64,000 nt of DNA from positions 26,121-90,120 of IMG/VR virus record IMGVR_UViG_3300037067_006927. The stretch is one strand, 5' to 3'. A model generated the notes under the pieces. That model was given only the letters and a program-made list of their open reading frames with translations, made no database searches and was not told the DNA's origin. Origin of the DNA: a virus. Its lineage: Duplodnaviria; Caudoviricetes. Within the stretch, counting starts at the first letter, position 1, and every line of letters starts with the position of its first letter. The translations under genes were made by a program, and so were the position numbers. Positions 8,259 through 17,430 of the stretch are shown here, piece after piece.

Positions 8259-9361
8259 GCAGAGACGACACAGACAAGGCCATTCTGGGGGAGCTACCAG
8301 AGGACCCTCGCGAGGACTGCACCAAGGTGCAGGACTGCCCGCGTATCGTGACCGCGCGAGAGATGCTCGAGGGTTCCGTCCGTCGCGCCGAGCACGGACG
8401 AGATCGCGGATTCTCTCCGACCGGGAACAGCATTCTGGACGACATGACCGGAGGGATCGTTCCGGGCCTGTCGTGGGTATTCGCTGCGCGGACCAACTAC
8501 GGCAAGACCATGTGGACCGTAGCCGTCACGGACGAGAATCTGCGTGCCGGTCGCGGTGTGCTGATCGTTTCGATCGAGGATCCGGAGGAACTGTATGCGG
8601 ACCGGCTGATGCTGCGCCGGTGCTGCGTTCGGGCGCGAAACCGCCGCGGTGTTCCGGTATCGGCTGACAACCTGCGACTCGGCAACCTGACCGATGACGA
8701 GAAGATGGCCATGCGCGAGGTCGCCAACGAGGGAGAGCGCAAGCCGATGTTTCTAAACGCCTCGGACTGGACTGGTGAACGAATCGAGCGCGAACTCGAC
8801 CGAATCCTGCCGGCGTACCCGGAGATCGAACTGGTGATCCTGGACTACATCCAGGAGGTGCAGTCCGACGAGCGCCACAACACGATGCGCGAGAAGGTGA
8901 GCTCGAACGCCAAGCGGCTCCGTAACGTGGCAGCTCGGCACGATCGCGGGCTCATCATCGTGAGTCAGATCACCGACGACGAAGACCCGGACAAGTGGCC
9001 GCGCATGAAGCAAGTGCGAGACGCTAAGGACGTCGTGATCGGAGCCGCCTATGTGCTCATGGGAGGAGTTGCGACAACAGAGGTACGCGACGGATCCGGA
9101 AACATCATCATGGTGGCTGGAGAGCGCGGAGTTCGGGTCGAGAAGGTCAAGCGCGGCCGCAAGGGAATGGTCAAGCTTCCATGGGACGATGACGCCGCGT
9201 GCTTCCTCCCGGTCACGATTGGACAGCCCACCGATCCGAAGCCTCCCTTACGCTCCGGCTCCTGGTCGCCCAACGCCGCACCCCGCGACCCACGCGAGCC
9301 AGCGGAGCGGGACTACGGCGACGGCATCGACGATGGGTTTTGCGGGTTGCCGGCAGTGTGA
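8255..9361 (+). CDS. DnaB-like replicative helicase (SF4 C-terminal domain)
   Basis: PTG..ILDDMTGG, Walker A AARTNYGKT, VSIED, Walker B LVILDYIQ, IIVSQ. Confidence 0.88.
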   Translation: MSRDDTDKAILGELPEDPREDCTKVQDCPRIVTAREMLEGSVRRAEHGRDRGFSPTGNSILDDMTGGIVPGLSWVFAARTNYGKTMWTVAVTDENLRAGRGVLIVSIEDPEELYADRLMLRRCCVRARNRRGVPVSADNLRLGNLTDDEKMAMREVANEGERKPMFLNASDWTGERIERELDRILPAYPEIELVILDYIQEVQSDERHNTMREKVSSNAKRLRNVAARHDRGLIIVSQITDDEDPDKWPRMKQVRDAKDVVIGAAYVLMGGVATTEVRDGSGNIIMVAGERGVRVEKVKRGRKGMVKLPWDDDAACFLPVTIGQPTDPKPPLRSGSWSPNAAPRDPREPAERDYGDGIDDGFCGLPAV

Positions 9362-9372
9362 AGGAGGACGAC

Positions 9373-9828
9373 ATGACGACCGAACCCAAACGGATTCCAC
9401 TCGCCACCAGGCTTCGCGTGCGCCGCATCATGACCGCCTGGTGGATCCGCGAGCACCTGCCGCGGCTCTACACCGCGTGGCGCCTCCTGTGCGGCGCGCG
9501 ACGCCCGAGCAAATCCGGGAAGACCGACGGAGCCTTCGACGCTCCGGGCGTCAGCATTTCGTTCGGCGGTGCCTGCCCGGTACAGGGCGACGGCGAGATT
9601 GATGATTACGGTGTGTACTACCGGTCGCGCGGAGAGACGTGGTCGCTGGACGTGTACGACCGCGATGTAGACGGCGACCTGCCTGGACCCGAGCATGAGG
9701 TCTGGTCGTTCTCACGTCGCGAGTACATCGGATACGACGGCGGGTGGATCAACGCGGACGAGTCGCGGAGGAACATCGGGATCGCGGTGAGGAAGTTCAG
9801 GGAGCGGGCGGAGAGGAGAGCACCATGA
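9373..9828 (+). CDS. hypothetical phage protein
   Basis: AAGGAGG RBS; ATGA overlap with the next gene. Confidence 0.65.
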   Translation: MTTEPKRIPLATRLRVRRIMTAWWIREHLPRLYTAWRLLCGARRPSKSGKTDGAFDAPGVSISFGGACPVQGDGEIDDYGVYYRSRGETWSLDVYDRDVDGDLPGPEHEVWSFSRREYIGYDGGWINADESRRNIGIAVRKFRERAERRAP

Positions 9829-10181
9829 GCTACGACATCGCCATCCTCGACCCGTTCACCCGCGAGCCGCTGATCCTCGACGCTCCGCACCACATGCGCG
9901 GAGGAACGTACTGCGCCGATGGCGAGACGCAGGCGTACCTGAACATCACCTACAACTACGGCGACCACTTCCGCTCGGCGCTTGGCGATCGTGGCATCCG
10001 GTCGATCTACGGCATGACGGGCGCTGAGTCGCTGCCGGTACTGCGAGACGCTGCGGAAAAGCTCGGCGACGACGTGGACGACGACTACTGGAAGCCGACG
10101 GAGGGCAACGCCAAGCGGGCGCTGCTGCAACTGGCCGCGTTGGCGGAGATGCGACCTGATGGGATTTGGAACGTAGATTGA
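9825..10181 (+). CDS. conserved phage protein of unknown function
   Basis: MSYDI..LNITYNY..GIRSIYGMTGAES pattern recurrent in phages; GGAGAG RBS. Confidence 0.7.
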   Translation: MSYDIAILDPFTREPLILDAPHHMRGGTYCADGETQAYLNITYNYGDHFRSALGDRGIRSIYGMTGAESLPVLRDAAEKLGDDVDDDYWKPTEGNAKRALLQLAALAEMRPDGIWNVD

Positions 10182-10193
10182 GAGGAGGACGAG

Positions 10194-10826
10194 ATGCAGA
10201 TCGTAGAACCAAGTTTCGAGTTTCTGAGCCCGTTGGACACGAGTGGAGAACTGGACGTCGCGCGGATGCTCGCGCTGGTCGAGCGCGCCGGGCGCACCTG
10301 CTACAAGAGCGAGGACCGAATCGGACCAGGGACCGCCGAGAAGTTCGTGCGCATGGTGACGGAGCGTGGGCACGAGTCGGTGCTGGAGCACGCGTCGATC
10401 ACGGTGCTCTTCGTTGTCGACCGCGGCGTAAGCCACGAACTCGTGCGGCACCGGCTCTGCGCGTTCAGCCAGGAGAGCACGCGGTACTGCAACTATGGGA
10501 AGACCGACGTGTCGTTCGTGCGCCCGTTCTTTTTCGATCCTGTCGAGCGCGCCCGAGAACTTGAGTTGTGGGCGGCTGCGATGGGCCACGCCGAGGCCGC
10601 GTATCTGATGCTGCTCGACGCTGGGGCCAAGCCGGAGGAAGCGCGTTCGGTACTTCCGAACTCTCTCAAGACCGAGATCGTCGTGTCTGCGAACCTCCGC
10701 GAGTGGCGGCACATCCTGAAGCTCAGGACGTCACCGAAGGCACACCCTCAGATGCGTCAAGTGATGGCGGGACTTGGAGCCAGGCTTGGCCAATCGGTTC
10801 CGTGCGTGTTCGGTGAGTTCGCGTGA
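10194..10826 (+). CDS. thyX: FAD-dependent thymidylate synthase ThyX
   Basis: GHESVLEH, SHELVRHRLCAFSQESTRY (RHRx7S signature), EEARSVLPN, NLREWRH..LR..AHPQMR. Confidence 0.95.
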   Translation: MQIVEPSFEFLSPLDTSGELDVARMLALVERAGRTCYKSEDRIGPGTAEKFVRMVTERGHESVLEHASITVLFVVDRGVSHELVRHRLCAFSQESTRYCNYGKTDVSFVRPFFFDPVERARELELWAAAMGHAEAAYLMLLDAGAKPEEARSVLPNSLKTEIVVSANLREWRHILKLRTSPKAHPQMRQVMAGLGARLGQSVPCVFGEFA

Positions 10827-11194
10827 TGACGGTGCACGAGATACTCCGCGAGCGGATCCTGCGCAGGTGCGGGATCGTTCCCGAGCCGCCACCGATCGCG
10901 GAGATCGGTCGGGCGCAGTGGGACGATGGGTTCGCAGTTATGATGCTGAACCGCCTCGTGATGTCGTTCTTTCGGCGTGGTCCGCACCGAGGGGCGGTGA
11001 TCCCGCCGTATGCGAACATCTCGTGCGCCATTCGCCGGCTGACGGAGTACCTGACAGACGGTAACCGGGAGCACCTGGTCGACGCCGCTAACCTATGCAT
11101 GGTCGAGTGGATTCGTGGAGCTCTTGGGATGGGCGAGCACCCTAACCCGAAGTGGGCACCAGTGGATGACGGTGTGCACACGCAGGAGTTGTAA
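10823..11194 (+). CDS. putative MazG-like nucleotide pyrophosphohydrolase
   Basis: all-helical; RL.EY..GNREHLVDAANLCMVEW resembles the E..DxAN helix of MazG/dNTP-PPase folds. Confidence 0.45.
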   Translation: MMTVHEILRERILRRCGIVPEPPPIAEIGRAQWDDGFAVMMLNRLVMSFFRRGPHRGAVIPPYANISCAIRRLTEYLTDGNREHLVDAANLCMVEWIRGALGMGEHPNPKWAPVDDGVHTQEL

Positions 11195-11209
11195 CCAAGG
11201 AGGACGAAC

Positions 11210-11647
11210 ATGGCTGATGGTTTGAACAAGGTGATGCTGCTGGGTCGGATCGGCGCTGACCCTGAGCTCAAGATGACGTCGGGTGGCCAGGCCGTGTTGA
11301 AGATACGGCTTGCCACTTCGGAGACGTACCTGGACCGCAACCGCGTGCGGCAAGAGAAGACGGAGTGGCACAACGTCATCGTGTGGGGCAAGCGAGCCGA
11401 GGCGCTGGGCAAATTCCTCACCAAGGGTTCGCGACTCTTCGTCGAGGGGGGCCTCCGGACCACGAGCTACGAGGATCGCGACGGTGGCAAGCGGTACCGA
11501 ACCGAAGTCGTAGCGAACAACATCATCCTGGCCGGTGGTGGAGGGCGTGGGCGGGCGGAAGATGCGGGGCCCGGCGAGGAGCGCGATGTGGCTCCGGTGA
11601 GCGACGCTCCGCCCGATGACTACGATCCCGATCAGATCCCATTTTGA
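11210..11647 (+). CDS. ssb: single-stranded DNA-binding protein
   Basis: LNKVMLLGRIGADPEL, TEWHNVIVWG, KGSRLFVEG.LRT..Y, acidic C-terminal tail ending DQIPF. Confidence 0.96.
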   Translation: MADGLNKVMLLGRIGADPELKMTSGGQAVLKIRLATSETYLDRNRVRQEKTEWHNVIVWGKRAEALGKFLTKGSRLFVEGGLRTTSYEDRDGGKRYRTEVVANNIILAGGGGRGRAEDAGPGEERDVAPVSDAPPDDYDPDQIPF

Positions 11648-11659
11648 TGTGGAGGACCA

Positions 11660-12268
11660 ATGACGACCATGATTCCCGCCTACATAGCCGGAAAGTTCCG
11701 CGGACCCACCTCGTGGGACATCGCCAAGAACGTCTACCGAGCCGAGGAGGTCCACCGCGCGGCCTGCCGTCTCGGGCTCGCCAGTATCTCTCCGCACTGC
11801 AACACGTCGCACTTCCAAGGCGAGTGCACCGACGAGTTCTGGATCGCGATGACGCTCGAGCTCCTGCGCATGGTGGCGCGCAGCGGTGGCATCCTGATCC
11901 TGGTGCCCGGGTGGGAGGAGTCGAGCGGCACCCGCGGCGAGGTCCGGGAAGCGCTGAGTCTCGGGATGCCGGTGTTCGAGTGCGAGCCGAGTCAGCGGGA
12001 CGATCCGAAGCGGTTGAGGGAGGCGCTGCATATCGCGTCAGTGCTGTGGAGCGAGGCTGGGATCGTGATCAGATTGGGCTATGTGCCGTGGCCAGATGGG
12101 AGGCCAAAGTATCTCGGCGACTACCTGGACGCCCACGCCAACCCGCCCACCACCGCCCAGGAGCCCGCCGCGCCGCATCGGGCCACCACCGGGCCGTCCG
12201 TGGCCCAAGAGAGCGCCAGTGGGCAGCCAGGGGGCGGGAACGGGACGGAGCCGGAGGCGGCACCATGA
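11660..12268 (+). CDS. nucleoside-2-deoxyribosyltransferase-like protein (DUF4406/DUF1937 type)
   Basis: YIAGKFRG, SPH, LVPGWEESSGTRGEV..A..LGMPVF. Confidence 0.75.
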   Translation: MTTMIPAYIAGKFRGPTSWDIAKNVYRAEEVHRAACRLGLASISPHCNTSHFQGECTDEFWIAMTLELLRMVARSGGILILVPGWEESSGTRGEVREALSLGMPVFECEPSQRDDPKRLREALHIASVLWSEAGIVIRLGYVPWPDGRPKYLGDYLDAHANPPTTAQEPAAPHRATTGPSVAQESASGQPGGGNGTEPEAAP

Positions 12269-12519
12269 CGACCGAAGCCACCCGCTACCGCGAATGCCTG
12301 GCCGCACTGGAGCGCGCGACCGGGAACCACGTGACGCGGCTCGAGTGGGACCTATCGGACCCTAAGCGGCCGCAGGTGATCGCCACGGCATCGACGAAGG
12401 AGGACGAGCGAGCGCTGGCCGAACTCGGGGTCACGGTGCTGCGCCTGGTCTACTCGTCGCCCGGGAGCAAGACAATCGGGGAGCCGCATGAGGAGCCGAT
12501 TGAGGAGGGGGAGCCGTGA
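12265..12519 (+). CDS. hypothetical phage protein
   Basis: ATG at 12265 overlaps the upstream TGA. Confidence 0.55.
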   Translation: MTTEATRYRECLAALERATGNHVTRLEWDLSDPKRPQVIATASTKEDERALAELGVTVLRLVYSSPGSKTIGEPHEEPIEEGEP

Positions 12520-12665
12520 CCACCTGGCGCCCCGTCTCAACCGACCCGCCCGCCGTCGGGTCCCGCGTGCTCGTGCGTGACGGAGAGGAAGTGCGGACCG
12601 TCACGTGGTCAGGGCAGTCGGCGAAACGGTTCGAGTGGTGGCTGCCGAGGGAGGTGTTGCCGTGA
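12516..12665 (+). CDS. small phage protein (DUF551-like)
   Basis: manually read 49-aa ORF MTTWRPVSTDPPAVGSRVLV...WWLPREVLP; GTGA overlaps at both ends. Confidence 0.55.
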   Translation: MTTWRPVSTDPPAVGSRVLVRDGEEVRTVTWSGQSAKRFEWWLPREVLP

Positions 12666-12991
12666 ATCGAAACCACGGTTACGGCGATCCCGTCCTGGCT
12701 TCCTGCTCGCGACTGCCCGGAGACGTGAGCCAATATGGTGCGACCGGCAGGAGACTGGAACAGGATCGGGAGTTACTGCTATCGGACGTCGCGCGGTTCC
12801 CGAACTCCACCAGGGAGCGCGCTCGTGAGCTGCTGGAAAGCATCACGTGCGACCTGAACGACGGGCGCATCGAGTGCGATGTGGAATTGTCGCCACTGGT
12901 GGCACATGAACTACTTGGCCGAGCGGGGGTCATAGAGTTCGCCACTCGCGAGGAGCTCGATCGACTGTTTGGAAAAGGAAGCAATACGTGA
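12662..12991 (+). CDS. hypothetical phage protein
   Basis: GGGAGG RBS; overlapped with neighbours. Confidence 0.55.
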   Translation: MNRNHGYGDPVLASCSRLPGDVSQYGATGRRLEQDRELLLSDVARFPNSTRERARELLESITCDLNDGRIECDVELSPLVAHELLGRAGVIEFATREELDRLFGKGSNT

Positions 12992-13251
12992 GACGACCCA
13001 ACCCAAACCAGCTCGCCCTCTTCACCGAGCGCCGAGACGCGCGAGGGAAACTGCGGTTCGCCATCGCGCTGAAACGGCACTTCTCGCGACGGGTGCCAAC
13101 GCTGCGCCGTGGTGAGCGCGTCACCCGCGCGGAGATGCGGATGATGCACGAGGTCTGCGCGGCCGCGTGGAACAGCACCGAGACACCGCTGGCGCCCAGT
13201 TGCGCCGAGATGGATGCAATGAGCACGTTCTGCGCATTGGAAGCTGAATGA
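12988..13251 (+). CDS. hypothetical phage protein
   Basis: overlapped operon arrangement. Confidence 0.5.
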   Translation: MRRPNPNQLALFTERRDARGKLRFAIALKRHFSRRVPTLRRGERVTRAEMRMMHEVCAAAWNSTETPLAPSCAEMDAMSTFCALEAE

Positions 13252-13448
13252 GTGACACCATCACCGACATGCTCGACCTTCACGCCCGTCGCCTACTCGA
13301 AGAGTGGGAACGGAAGCGCTGGCGCACCCGTGGCGTGCAGTGGATCGATGGCAAGCTGCTCGCCTACGACACGGAGCTGCTGACCTCGTTCGAGGCGGAT
13401 GGGTACGTGGAGATGGCGGATAGGATCGGACTGGGAGTGCAGGCGTAG
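13248..13448 (+). CDS. hypothetical phage protein
   Basis: ATGA overlap. Confidence 0.55.
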   Translation: MSDTITDMLDLHARRLLEEWERKRWRTRGVQWIDGKLLAYDTELLTSFEADGYVEMADRIGLGVQA

Positions 13449-13456
13449 GAGGAGCG

Positions 13457-14689
13457 ATGGAAACGATCCGTGACGGCTCGGTGAACGTGACGCTGGGATC
13501 CCGGCATCCGATTCGCGAATGGACGGTGGGCGTCGAGGTGGAGGACAGCGCGCGCGAGCAACTGCGGCGCGTCGCTGACCTGCCGTTCGTGTTCAAGCAC
13601 GTTGCCGTGATGCCCGACGCGCACACCGGCATCGGGTCAACGGTCGGAACGGTGATCCCGACGGTCGGGGCAGTGGTGCCCGCTTGCGTTGGTAGCGACG
13701 TTGGTTGCGGTATGACGGCCACGAAGACCACGCTGTCGATCGCCGACTTCCCGGCGGACCGCGCCGAGGTTCGCGCTTGTCTGGAGCGAGCCATCCCGCA
13801 CGGTCGCACCGACAACGGCGGACCCAACGACCGCGGCGCATGGGGCACCGTGCCGGACGCGGTGGCTGACCACTGGTCATCGCTGTCGGACGGATACGAG
13901 GACATCTGCGAGAGCAACCCGAAGCTCAGGACGCGCCAGCCGCCGCAGAAGCAGCTCGGAACGCTGGGCACCGGCAATCACTTCATCGAGGTGTGCGCCG
14001 ACACGGACGGAGCAATCTGGGTGATGCTGCACTCGGGATCGCGCGGAGTCGGCGGGAGGATCGGGTCGCACTTCACCGGGTTGGCCAAAGAGGAATGCGC
14101 CCGCTGGTTCGTTGACCTTCCGGATCCGAACCTGGCTTACTTCCCCGAGGGCACGCCGTCCTTCGACGAGTACCTGCAAGCGGTGCGATGGGCGCAGCAG
14201 TACGCGCTGACGAATCGACGGCTGATGATGGACGCTGCGCTGGGAACGCTGGAGCGGATCGTCGGGCGAGGGATCCGCAGTGGTGAGACGATCGACTGCC
14301 ACCACAACTACATCGCGCGCGAGCATCACTTCGGCCGCGACGTACTGGTGACACGCAAGGGTGCGATCCGAGCACGGGCGGGAGACGTCGGCATAATTCC
14401 GGGGTCAATGGGATCGCGGTCGTTCATCGTGCGCGGACTCGGAAACGCGGATTCATTCTGCTCGGCCTCGCACGGAGCCGGTCGTCGCATGTCGCGGACG
14501 CAGGCCGCGAAGACGTTCACGGTCGAGGACCACGCGGCGGCTGTGGCTGGCGTCGAGTGCCGGATGGACTCCAGCATTCTGGACGAGACACCGGGAGCGT
14601 ACAAGGAGATCGGTGCCGTGATGGCGGCGCAGAAGGACATTGTCGAAGTGGTGGCGGAGCTGAAGCAGATCATTTGTGTGAAGGGGTAG
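13457..14689 (+). CDS. rtcB: RtcB-family RNA 3'-phosphate/5'-OH ligase
   Basis: VMPDAHTGIG, VGSDVGCGM, LGTLGTGNHFIE, MLHSGSRGVG, HHNY, GIIPGSMG, SASHGAGR, DETPGAYK. Confidence 0.96.
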   Translation: METIRDGSVNVTLGSRHPIREWTVGVEVEDSAREQLRRVADLPFVFKHVAVMPDAHTGIGSTVGTVIPTVGAVVPACVGSDVGCGMTATKTTLSIADFPADRAEVRACLERAIPHGRTDNGGPNDRGAWGTVPDAVADHWSSLSDGYEDICESNPKLRTRQPPQKQLGTLGTGNHFIEVCADTDGAIWVMLHSGSRGVGGRIGSHFTGLAKEECARWFVDLPDPNLAYFPEGTPSFDEYLQAVRWAQQYALTNRRLMMDAALGTLERIVGRGIRSGETIDCHHNYIAREHHFGRDVLVTRKGAIRARAGDVGIIPGSMGSRSFIVRGLGNADSFCSASHGAGRRMSRTQAAKTFTVEDHAAAVAGVECRMDSSILDETPGAYKEIGAVMAAQKDIVEVVAELKQIICVKG

Positions 14690-14691
14690 AG

Positions 14692-14847
14692 ATGGGACAG
14701 CGACCGCCACTACAGCACCGGCCTCCGCGCCCATGGCTGAACCCTCCGCCTCCGCCGCCAGCTACGACGAAGTGCCCATTCTGCGGACACGTCGGCGAAG
14801 GCAAGCGGTGCGCGAACTGCGGGGCACCGAGAGGAGAACGACCATGA
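14692..14847 (+). CDS. small Zn-ribbon protein
   Basis: CPFCG...CANCGAP; ATG 2 nt after the rtcB stop. Confidence 0.5.
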   Translation: MGQRPPLQHRPPRPWLNPPPPPPATTKCPFCGHVGEGKRCANCGAPRGERP

Positions 14848-15029
14848 GCAACGAAACCGACGCATTCGACAGGGCGTGGAACTGCATTCGTAGAGAGGTC
14901 AAAGACCAGTCGATTGAACTCGCCAAGGCGAAGCGAGACGTTGCCCGCTGGAGAACGAGAGCCATCCTGAACGCGGTGCTTCTGCTGATGTTGGGAGTGT
15001 ACGCCGCTTGCCAAATCGGTACCCCATGA
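14844..15029 (+). CDS. small membrane protein
   Basis: GAGGAG RBS; C-terminal hydrophobic helix AILNAVLLLMLGVYAA. Confidence 0.6.
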   Translation: MSNETDAFDRAWNCIRREVKDQSIELAKAKRDVARWRTRAILNAVLLLMLGVYAACQIGTP

Positions 15030-15280
15030 CCTTCCGCCCTCCCCGCATCCGCTACCGCAAGCCAGCCGCTCGCCACTCTGCGCCCGAGCCGACGCGGTCT
15101 GAGTATCACGTGGCGGGAGGGACGATCGTCTACACGTCGCAGCAGTTCCCGTCGTGGATCGCGATCCGGTTCGATGGGCAGCGGATGGGGGCGAGGAGGA
15201 GCTACGCGGAGGCGGCGGAGTTGCTGGCGGAGTTCGCGGCGTCGGACCCGAGCGTGGTTGCGAGGAGGGCGGCGGAGTGA
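15026..15280 (+). CDS. hypothetical phage protein
   Basis: ATGA overlap. Confidence 0.5.
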   Translation: MTFRPPRIRYRKPAARHSAPEPTRSEYHVAGGTIVYTSQQFPSWIAIRFDGQRMGARRSYAEAAELLAEFAASDPSVVARRAAE

Positions 15281-15325
15281 GTGGCGTTAGGCGGTAACTG
15301 ATGGCTAGGTTGGATACACTACCCG

Positions 15326-15739
15326 ATGACGAAACGCGACGACCCTGACGAACTCGGCGCCCTGCGCCTGTACTTGTCACACGGTGGGCTCGAGGGACTG
15401 GCGCGATCTAGTCTTGGGCCCATGCTCGACATGCTGTGGCGTGCCGGTCAGTCGCGGCGTTGCGACGTCTGCGGCGGCGTCGGGGTAGTGGCGACAGCCA
15501 ATGCGTCGATGCACACCGCAGAACTGGCGCGGGTGAACGCCGAACGCGGATGGGGGATCGCGATACTGCGTGAGGTGAAGATTCCGAAGGGAGAGCGGAA
15601 GCACCTGAATGAGTACCGAGCTCTCCGAGACGGCGGTGATTTCGTCGAGGAGAGCGGTACCGCCGAGCGAACGCGCATGAGATCCACCGAGAGGCAGCGG
15701 AGGAGAATCAGGGAGCAGCAACATCACTCGAACGGATGA
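15326..15739 (+). CDS. hypothetical protein with CxxCxGxG Zn-finger half-site
   Basis: RCDVCGGVG. Confidence 0.55.
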   Translation: MTKRDDPDELGALRLYLSHGGLEGLARSSLGPMLDMLWRAGQSRRCDVCGGVGVVATANASMHTAELARVNAERGWGIAILREVKIPKGERKHLNEYRALRDGGDFVEESGTAERTRMRSTERQRRRIREQQHHSNG

Positions 15740-16440
15740 TCCGCGCCGAGCGTGCATCCGTCGCCGCCGGCTGCAAAAGCACGGTGGGCGAGGTGTTCTG
15801 CCAGGTGTGCCAGGGCATCGGGTGGCGACCGCGCGAGAAGGTCGACGCTGCGCCGCTGGGATGGACTGAGGATCCGGAGCATCCAGACGATGGCGGACTC
15901 GACGCGCAGCCGACGGGTAACTCGGTCAACCGAGCCGGCGGAGTCGATCCGGGAGATGCGGCAACGGAGCGAATGGGCCGCATTGCTGGCAGGCTGGCGG
16001 TGGTCCGCGCCGTTGACCCACTGCTCGCCGATGCGCTGTGCCGGTACCACGCCCCGCAGTCGGGAGGCGCGCTGGCACTCTGGGAACTGACGGAGCCAGG
16101 ACGGCGTCTGCTGGCCCAGCACGGGCACGACGACCTACCGCCGGCCGCCATCTGGGCAGACCTCGCTGACCGGCAGCAGAAGGCGCCCACCGTCAATCTG
16201 ACCCGGCAGATCGAGGAGACGCGGAGGGATGCCCTGGACCTGGCGGCGGCCGCGCTCCGGGTCTGGCGTGACTCAGCGACTCCGAGGAAGGCACCGCCGG
16301 GCATCGTGGGGCCGACCAGGGGGAGGTTCCGCGCTCCACGCGACCAAGAGCTCGACCGCATCATAGCCGGCGTCAGGTGGGCGCTAGAGCACCCGGACGA
16401 GGTGGCGGAGTACATGGCCGCCCAGGAGTCGGCAGAGTGA
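15736..16440 (+). CDS. CxxCxGxG Zn-finger protein, possible late-transcription regulator
   Basis: FCQVCQGIGW; position just before the packaging genes. Confidence 0.5.
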   Translation: MIRAERASVAAGCKSTVGEVFCQVCQGIGWRPREKVDAAPLGWTEDPEHPDDGGLDAQPTGNSVNRAGGVDPGDAATERMGRIAGRLAVVRAVDPLLADALCRYHAPQSGGALALWELTEPGRRLLAQHGHDDLPPAAIWADLADRQQKAPTVNLTRQIEETRRDALDLAAAALRVWRDSATPRKAPPGIVGPTRGRFRAPRDQELDRIIAGVRWALEHPDEVAEYMAAQESAE

Positions 16441-16892
16441 ACGAACTCCTCACCGTCACCGAGCACTCGGTCCGGCTGGGGATGGATCGATACGGGAAGC
16501 GACTCCGAAAGATGTTGCTGGCGGTGGTCCGCCGATACCCGAGGGACGAGATCGGAGTCCGGTACGGTCGCGAGTGGCGACTGACCGAGACGGAGCTCCG
16601 GCGTTACCTGCCGCAACTCTTCGGGGACGTCGGCCTCGACGCGATCGAGCGCCGGGTCCGGGAGCACCTGCGAGACGTGGACAAGCGCATCGACGAGAGG
16701 TCCGTTGCCGTCTGCCTGCCGCTGGTCGCCGCCGAGCGAGAGGCCAGGGAGCATGGGGATCGACGGGTAGCCAGACTCGTCGCCGATGTGGCGGAGAAGG
16801 TCGCTGGTTTGGCCGTTGAGGTGTGCGAGATCCGGGCAAAATCCGAAGTACGGGTGCGGCCCATGTCGATTTTGTCCGATGGGCAGAAATGA
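16437..16892 (+). CDS. putative HTH DNA-binding protein with coiled-coil tail
   Basis: ELLTVTE..VRLG...GREWRLTETEL resembles MerR/excisionase-like wHTH. Confidence 0.5.
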   Translation: MNELLTVTEHSVRLGMDRYGKRLRKMLLAVVRRYPRDEIGVRYGREWRLTETELRRYLPQLFGDVGLDAIERRVREHLRDVDKRIDERSVAVCLPLVAAEREAREHGDRRVARLVADVAEKVAGLAVEVCEIRAKSEVRVRPMSILSDGQK

Positions 16893-17073
16893 TGCTCCGT
16901 AGCGGGTGTCAGCTACCCTGTTTCATTGCCGTCCCGTGCCCTCTAGTGCCATGGGTCTGGCCCATACCCATAGGGGTGCCTCCCATTGCGTCCGCGCGCG
17001 TAGCTCCGGAAGGGCGCTCCAGACGCCGAGGCGCCAACCGGAGCGTATCCGGCACACCGCTCCCGGTCACCCG

Positions 17074-17373
17074 CTACGCCACCAACCGCGATCCAGCTCC
17101 AGTCCCCGCCACCCCGGCCAACAGCCGCTCGATGGCGAGTACGGACTCGATGTCGCCGGCCAGTTCGGCGTCCTGCAACGCGGCCTCCAATAGGCAGGAC
17201 GGGGCAGGGTCGAGATCGTCGTCTCCGGTCAGAGCCGGGGACGAGAGGGCGGACTCAGCAGATACCGCGGCGCACGTCGCACACGACGCAGCCCACCGGA
17301 CGCGGTCAGCGTCGGAGGGGCGGCCAAGAGCATCGAGCTCGCGGGCCAGGCGGGAGGCGGTAAGGCGGTCCAT
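17074..17373 (-). CDS. hypothetical protein antisense to the late operon
   Basis: 99-aa ORF with high GC3 filling an otherwise empty gap; weak RBS. Confidence 0.45.
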   Translation of the reverse strand: MDRLTASRLARELDALGRPSDADRVRWAASCATCAAVSAESALSSPALTGDDDLDPAPSCLLEAALQDAELAGDIESVLAIERLLAGVAGTGAGSRLVA

Positions 17374-17430
17374 CGCAGTTCACGCTGGCAATCATGCGGC
17401 CGGACGGACGGGGAGTCAAGGAAGCGCACG

